A stretch of DNA of 64,000 nucleotides, taken from positions 8,205 to 72,204 of the forward strand of contig JAHIMR010000065.1 in the NCBI GenBank assembly GCA_018896525.1, read 5' to 3'. The translations under genes and the position numbers were made by a program. Below are positions 61,786 to 64,000 of the stretch, in pieces. The notes beneath the pieces are model-generated. The model searched no databases and was not told the DNA's origin. It saw only the letters and a program-made list of their open reading frames with translations. Positions within the stretch are counted from its first letter, which is position 1, and every line of letters begins with the position of its first letter. The stretch is from Actinomycetota bacterium. Lineage in GTDB: Bacteria > Actinomycetota > Geothermincolia > Fen-727 > Anoxymicrobiaceae.

Positions 61786-62613
61786 CTATGACCTCCTGCT
61801 CCTGACTATCAACTCACTGGAGTGCTTTTTCTTGTTCCTGGTACGGTATCCCAACGTCGGCTTGCCCCACGGGGTGACCGGGTGCCTCCCCGATTTCGAC
61901 TTCCCCTCGCCGCCCCCGTGTGGGTGGTCCACCGGGTTCATCGCCGAACCCCTGGTCTGGGGTCTGATTCCGCGGTGGCGCGAGGAACCGGCCTTTCCGA
62001 TCGTTATCAGTTCGTGCTCTGGGTTTCCCACGACCCCTACCGTCGCCCGGCACTCGAGGCGCACCTTTCGCACCTCGCCCGACGGCAACCGGAGATGCGC
62101 AAACCCGCCCTCGCGGGCCATTATCTGTGCCGATGCCCCCGCCGAACGCACCATCTTGGCGGCGCCGCCGGGCTTGAGTTCCACCGCGTGGACTATGGAC
62201 CCGACAGGGATGTTAACAAGCGGCAGAGCGTTTCCCGGCTTGATGTCCACCTCGGGTCCCGACTCCACGACATCTCCGATCATCAGGTCCACGGGGCACA
62301 GTATATACCGCTTCTCGCCATCCAGGTAATGAAGCAGCGCAAGCCTGGCCGAGCGGTTCGGGTCGTACTCTATCTCAGCCACCCTGGCGGGTACCCCGTC
62401 CTTGTCCCTTCTGAAGTCGACAGTGCGGTACTTCCTCTTGGCGCCTCCGCCCCGGTGGCGCGCTGTCTTACGCCCGTAATCGTTTCTCCCGCCGGTTCTC
62501 TTGATCGGCGAGGTAAGCGACTTCTCGGGAGTACTCCTGGTTATCTCGGAGAAGTCGGATACCGTCGCGAACCTCCTCCCCGGTGAAGTCGGTTTATACT
62601 TTTTTACACCCAC
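61786..62613 (-). CDS. rplB: 50S ribosomal protein L2
   Basis: 275 aa. Confidence 0.9.
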   Translation of the reverse strand: MGVKKYKPTSPGRRFATVSDFSEITRSTPEKSLTSPIKRTGGRNDYGRKTARHRGGGAKRKYRTVDFRRDKDGVPARVAEIEYDPNRSARLALLHYLDGEKRYILCPVDLMIGDVVESGPEVDIKPGNALPLVNIPVGSIVHAVELKPGGAAKMVRSAGASAQIMAREGGFAHLRLPSGEVRKVRLECRATVGVVGNPEHELITIGKAGSSRHRGIRPQTRGSAMNPVDHPHGGGEGKSKSGRHPVTPWGKPTLGYRTRNKKKHSSELIVRSRRS

Positions 62614-62630
62614 TTTTCGCTCCTCAACTC

Positions 62631-62918
62631 TTACCTGCTCTCGAAGAACTCAATCGATTGGCCCGGAGCCAGGGTCACCACCGCCTTCTTACCGGTGGCG
62701 GTGCGGCCCACGGTCATTCCCCGCCTGCGGGGCTTCCCCTTGGTGTTCATCGTGTTCACCTTCACGACCCTGACATCGAACGCCTCCTGGACCGCGTCCT
62801 TTATCTCCGACTTGTTACAGCGGTGGTCCACCATGAACGTATACTTCCCATGGTCTATCCCTGAATAACTCTTCTCGCTTATGATCGGGTAGAAGATGAC
62901 ATCATGCGGATGCTTCAT
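62631..62918 (-). CDS. rplW: 50S ribosomal protein L23
   Basis: Start at [17 protein letters not shown]. The ORF-track extension is spurious. Confidence 0.85.
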   Translation of the reverse strand: MKHPHDVIFYPIISEKSYSGIDHGKYTFMVDHRCNKSEIKDAVQEAFDVRVVKVNTMNTKGKPRRRGMTVGRTATGKKAVVTLAPGQSIEFFESR

Positions 62919-63546
62919 TTCCACCATCCCCCTGTAGAACGTCAAGCGCCCCCTTGAAAAAAAGGAGTTTGTCAAACCGCAGGATGTCATAGGTGTTGAT
63001 CTCGGAAGGGAAGTACGTTTCCACGCCCGCGATGTTCCGAAACGATTTTTGCACATTCAAGTCGTCCTTCAGGACCACCACCATGATGTTCCCCTCGAGC
63101 TTCAAGTTATCGAGTATCTCAACACAGGCCCTGGTGCTCGGCGGCTCCAGCGTAAGATCCTCCAGCACCAGTATCCTCTCCTCACTCGCCGCCGCGGATA
63201 GAGCCGACCGAAAAGCGAGCCTTCTCACCTTCTTCGGCACCTTGAAAGAGTAGTCACGCGGCGAGGGGCCGAATGTGGTCCCACCACCTTTCCACAGTGG
63301 CGAACGTATGGTTCCCGCCCGCGCCCGGCCGGTGCCTTTCTGGCGCCACGGCTTGCACCCGCCGCCCCTGACATCACTACGGGTCTTCGTCGCCGCGGTC
63401 CCGGCGCGGCCCTCGGCCCTCTGCATCCGCACCACCAGGTGCAGGGCGTGGGTGTTGGGAACGACCCCGAACATGTCACTCGAGAGCTCCACGTCCCCTA
63501 TCTTTTTTCCCTTGTTGTCCTGTAGCGCTACTTTCACGTCCGTCAC
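62902..63546 (-). CDS. rplD: 50S ribosomal protein L4
   Basis: 214 aa. Confidence 0.9.
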   Translation of the reverse strand: MTDVKVALQDNKGKKIGDVELSSDMFGVVPNTHALHLVVRMQRAEGRAGTAATKTRSDVRGGGCKPWRQKGTGRARAGTIRSPLWKGGGTTFGPSPRDYSFKVPKKVRRLAFRSALSAAASEERILVLEDLTLEPPSTRACVEILDNLKLEGNIMVVVLKDDLNVQKSFRNIAGVETYFPSEINTYDILRFDKLLFFKGALDVLQGDGGNEASA

Positions 63547-64000
63547 CGCCGGCCTTTCCCGGCCTTCCCTTTCACAGATTCTCTTACGATAACAATCGAA
63601 CCATGCGGCCCGGGAACCGAGCCCTTGACCATCAACAGGTTCTTATCGCGGTCAACCCTGACCACCAGGAGGTTCAAGGCGGTTACCCGCTCTCCCCCCA
63701 TTCTCCCCGGCATCTTCCTTCCCTTGAACACCCGGGAGGGGGTCGCACACTGTCCTATCGCCCCCGGGGCACGGTGGAAACGCGAGCCGTGCGAAGCCGG
63801 CCCCCCGCTGAAACCCCAGCGCTTGACGACACCGGCGAAGCCCTTCCCCTTGCTGATCCCGGTGACATCCGCACGGTCTCCCTCCTCGAAGATGGCTACG
63901 GTCACCTTCTTCCCGGGACTGTACTCTTCGCCCGGCTCCAGGGGTACCTCCACCAGGACACGCGGCGTTGAATTGGATTTCTTCAGATGACCCTTCATGG
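63543..64000 (-). CDS. rplC: 50S ribosomal protein L3 (C-terminal part; 5' end beyond window)
   Basis: GKGFAGVVKRWGFSGGPASHGS... Gene continues past 64000. Confidence 0.85.
   Translation of the reverse strand, partial: MKGHLKKSNSTPRVLVEVPLEPGEEYSPGKKVTVAIFEEGDRADVTGISKGKGFAGVVKRWGFSGGPASHGSRFHRAPGAIGQCATPSRVFKGRKMPGRMGGERVTALNLLVVRVDRDKNLLMVKGSVPGPHGSIVIVRESVKGKAGKGRR

Overview
The window is a high-GC (about 62-65%) bacterial chromosomal segment.

Left third (1-24.9 kb), almost all on the minus strand:
- A porGDAB 2-oxoacid:ferredoxin oxidoreductase operon.
- ricT/PSP1, holB and tmk.
- A split class I fumarate hydratase (alpha and beta subunits separated by an MFS transporter gene).
- An LDH-like malate dehydrogenase, topA carrying a recent internal zinc-ribbon duplication, and membrane H+-pyrophosphatase.
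- An aminotransferase, a cyclase and a translin-family gene on the plus strand.
- A GAF/PAS-PP2C sensor phosphatase and two convergent PaaK/F390-synthetase-like adenylating enzymes.

Middle (24.9-44.4 kb), an accessory island:
- An IS607-family element (serine-recombinase TnpA plus TnpB) abuts a roughly 17.4 kb BREX type 3-like defence operon on the minus strand.
- The BREX operon reads: Xis-like HTH, brxF, brxC, [AlbA_2/Schlafen-like ATPase regulator], [RloC/PrrC-like zinc-hook ABC ATPase], pglXI (pfam01555-type methyltransferase), [AAA_21/DUF3696 ABC ATPase], [351-aa unknown], [74-aa small ORF], pglZ, brxA-like.
- The canonical BrxHII helicase is absent. Bracketed genes are embedded and translationally coupled with the core genes.
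- The block between about 30 and 39.8 kb has visibly lower GC.

Right third (44.6-64 kb):
- A GH35 beta-galactosidase plus a hypothetical gene.
- A complete S10-spc-alpha ribosomal superoperon on the minus strand (rplC...rplQ, including secY, adk, map, infA, rpmJ, rpoA).
- Several r-proteins (L22, S3, L29, L30) carry low-complexity tail extensions.

Three interspersed repeat families occur:
- (i) A modular roughly 80-160 bp MIRU/REP-like element at 6 loci, three of them inside the ribosomal operon. Each ends exactly at a flanking stop codon.
- (ii) A roughly 300 bp conserved element found twice. Each copy begins with a terminator hairpin and ends on the stop codon of the convergent gene.
- (iii) Hairpin-forming GGGGTCAGGTGTT/AACACCTGACCCC repeats.

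No CRISPR array, tRNA or rRNA was seen.
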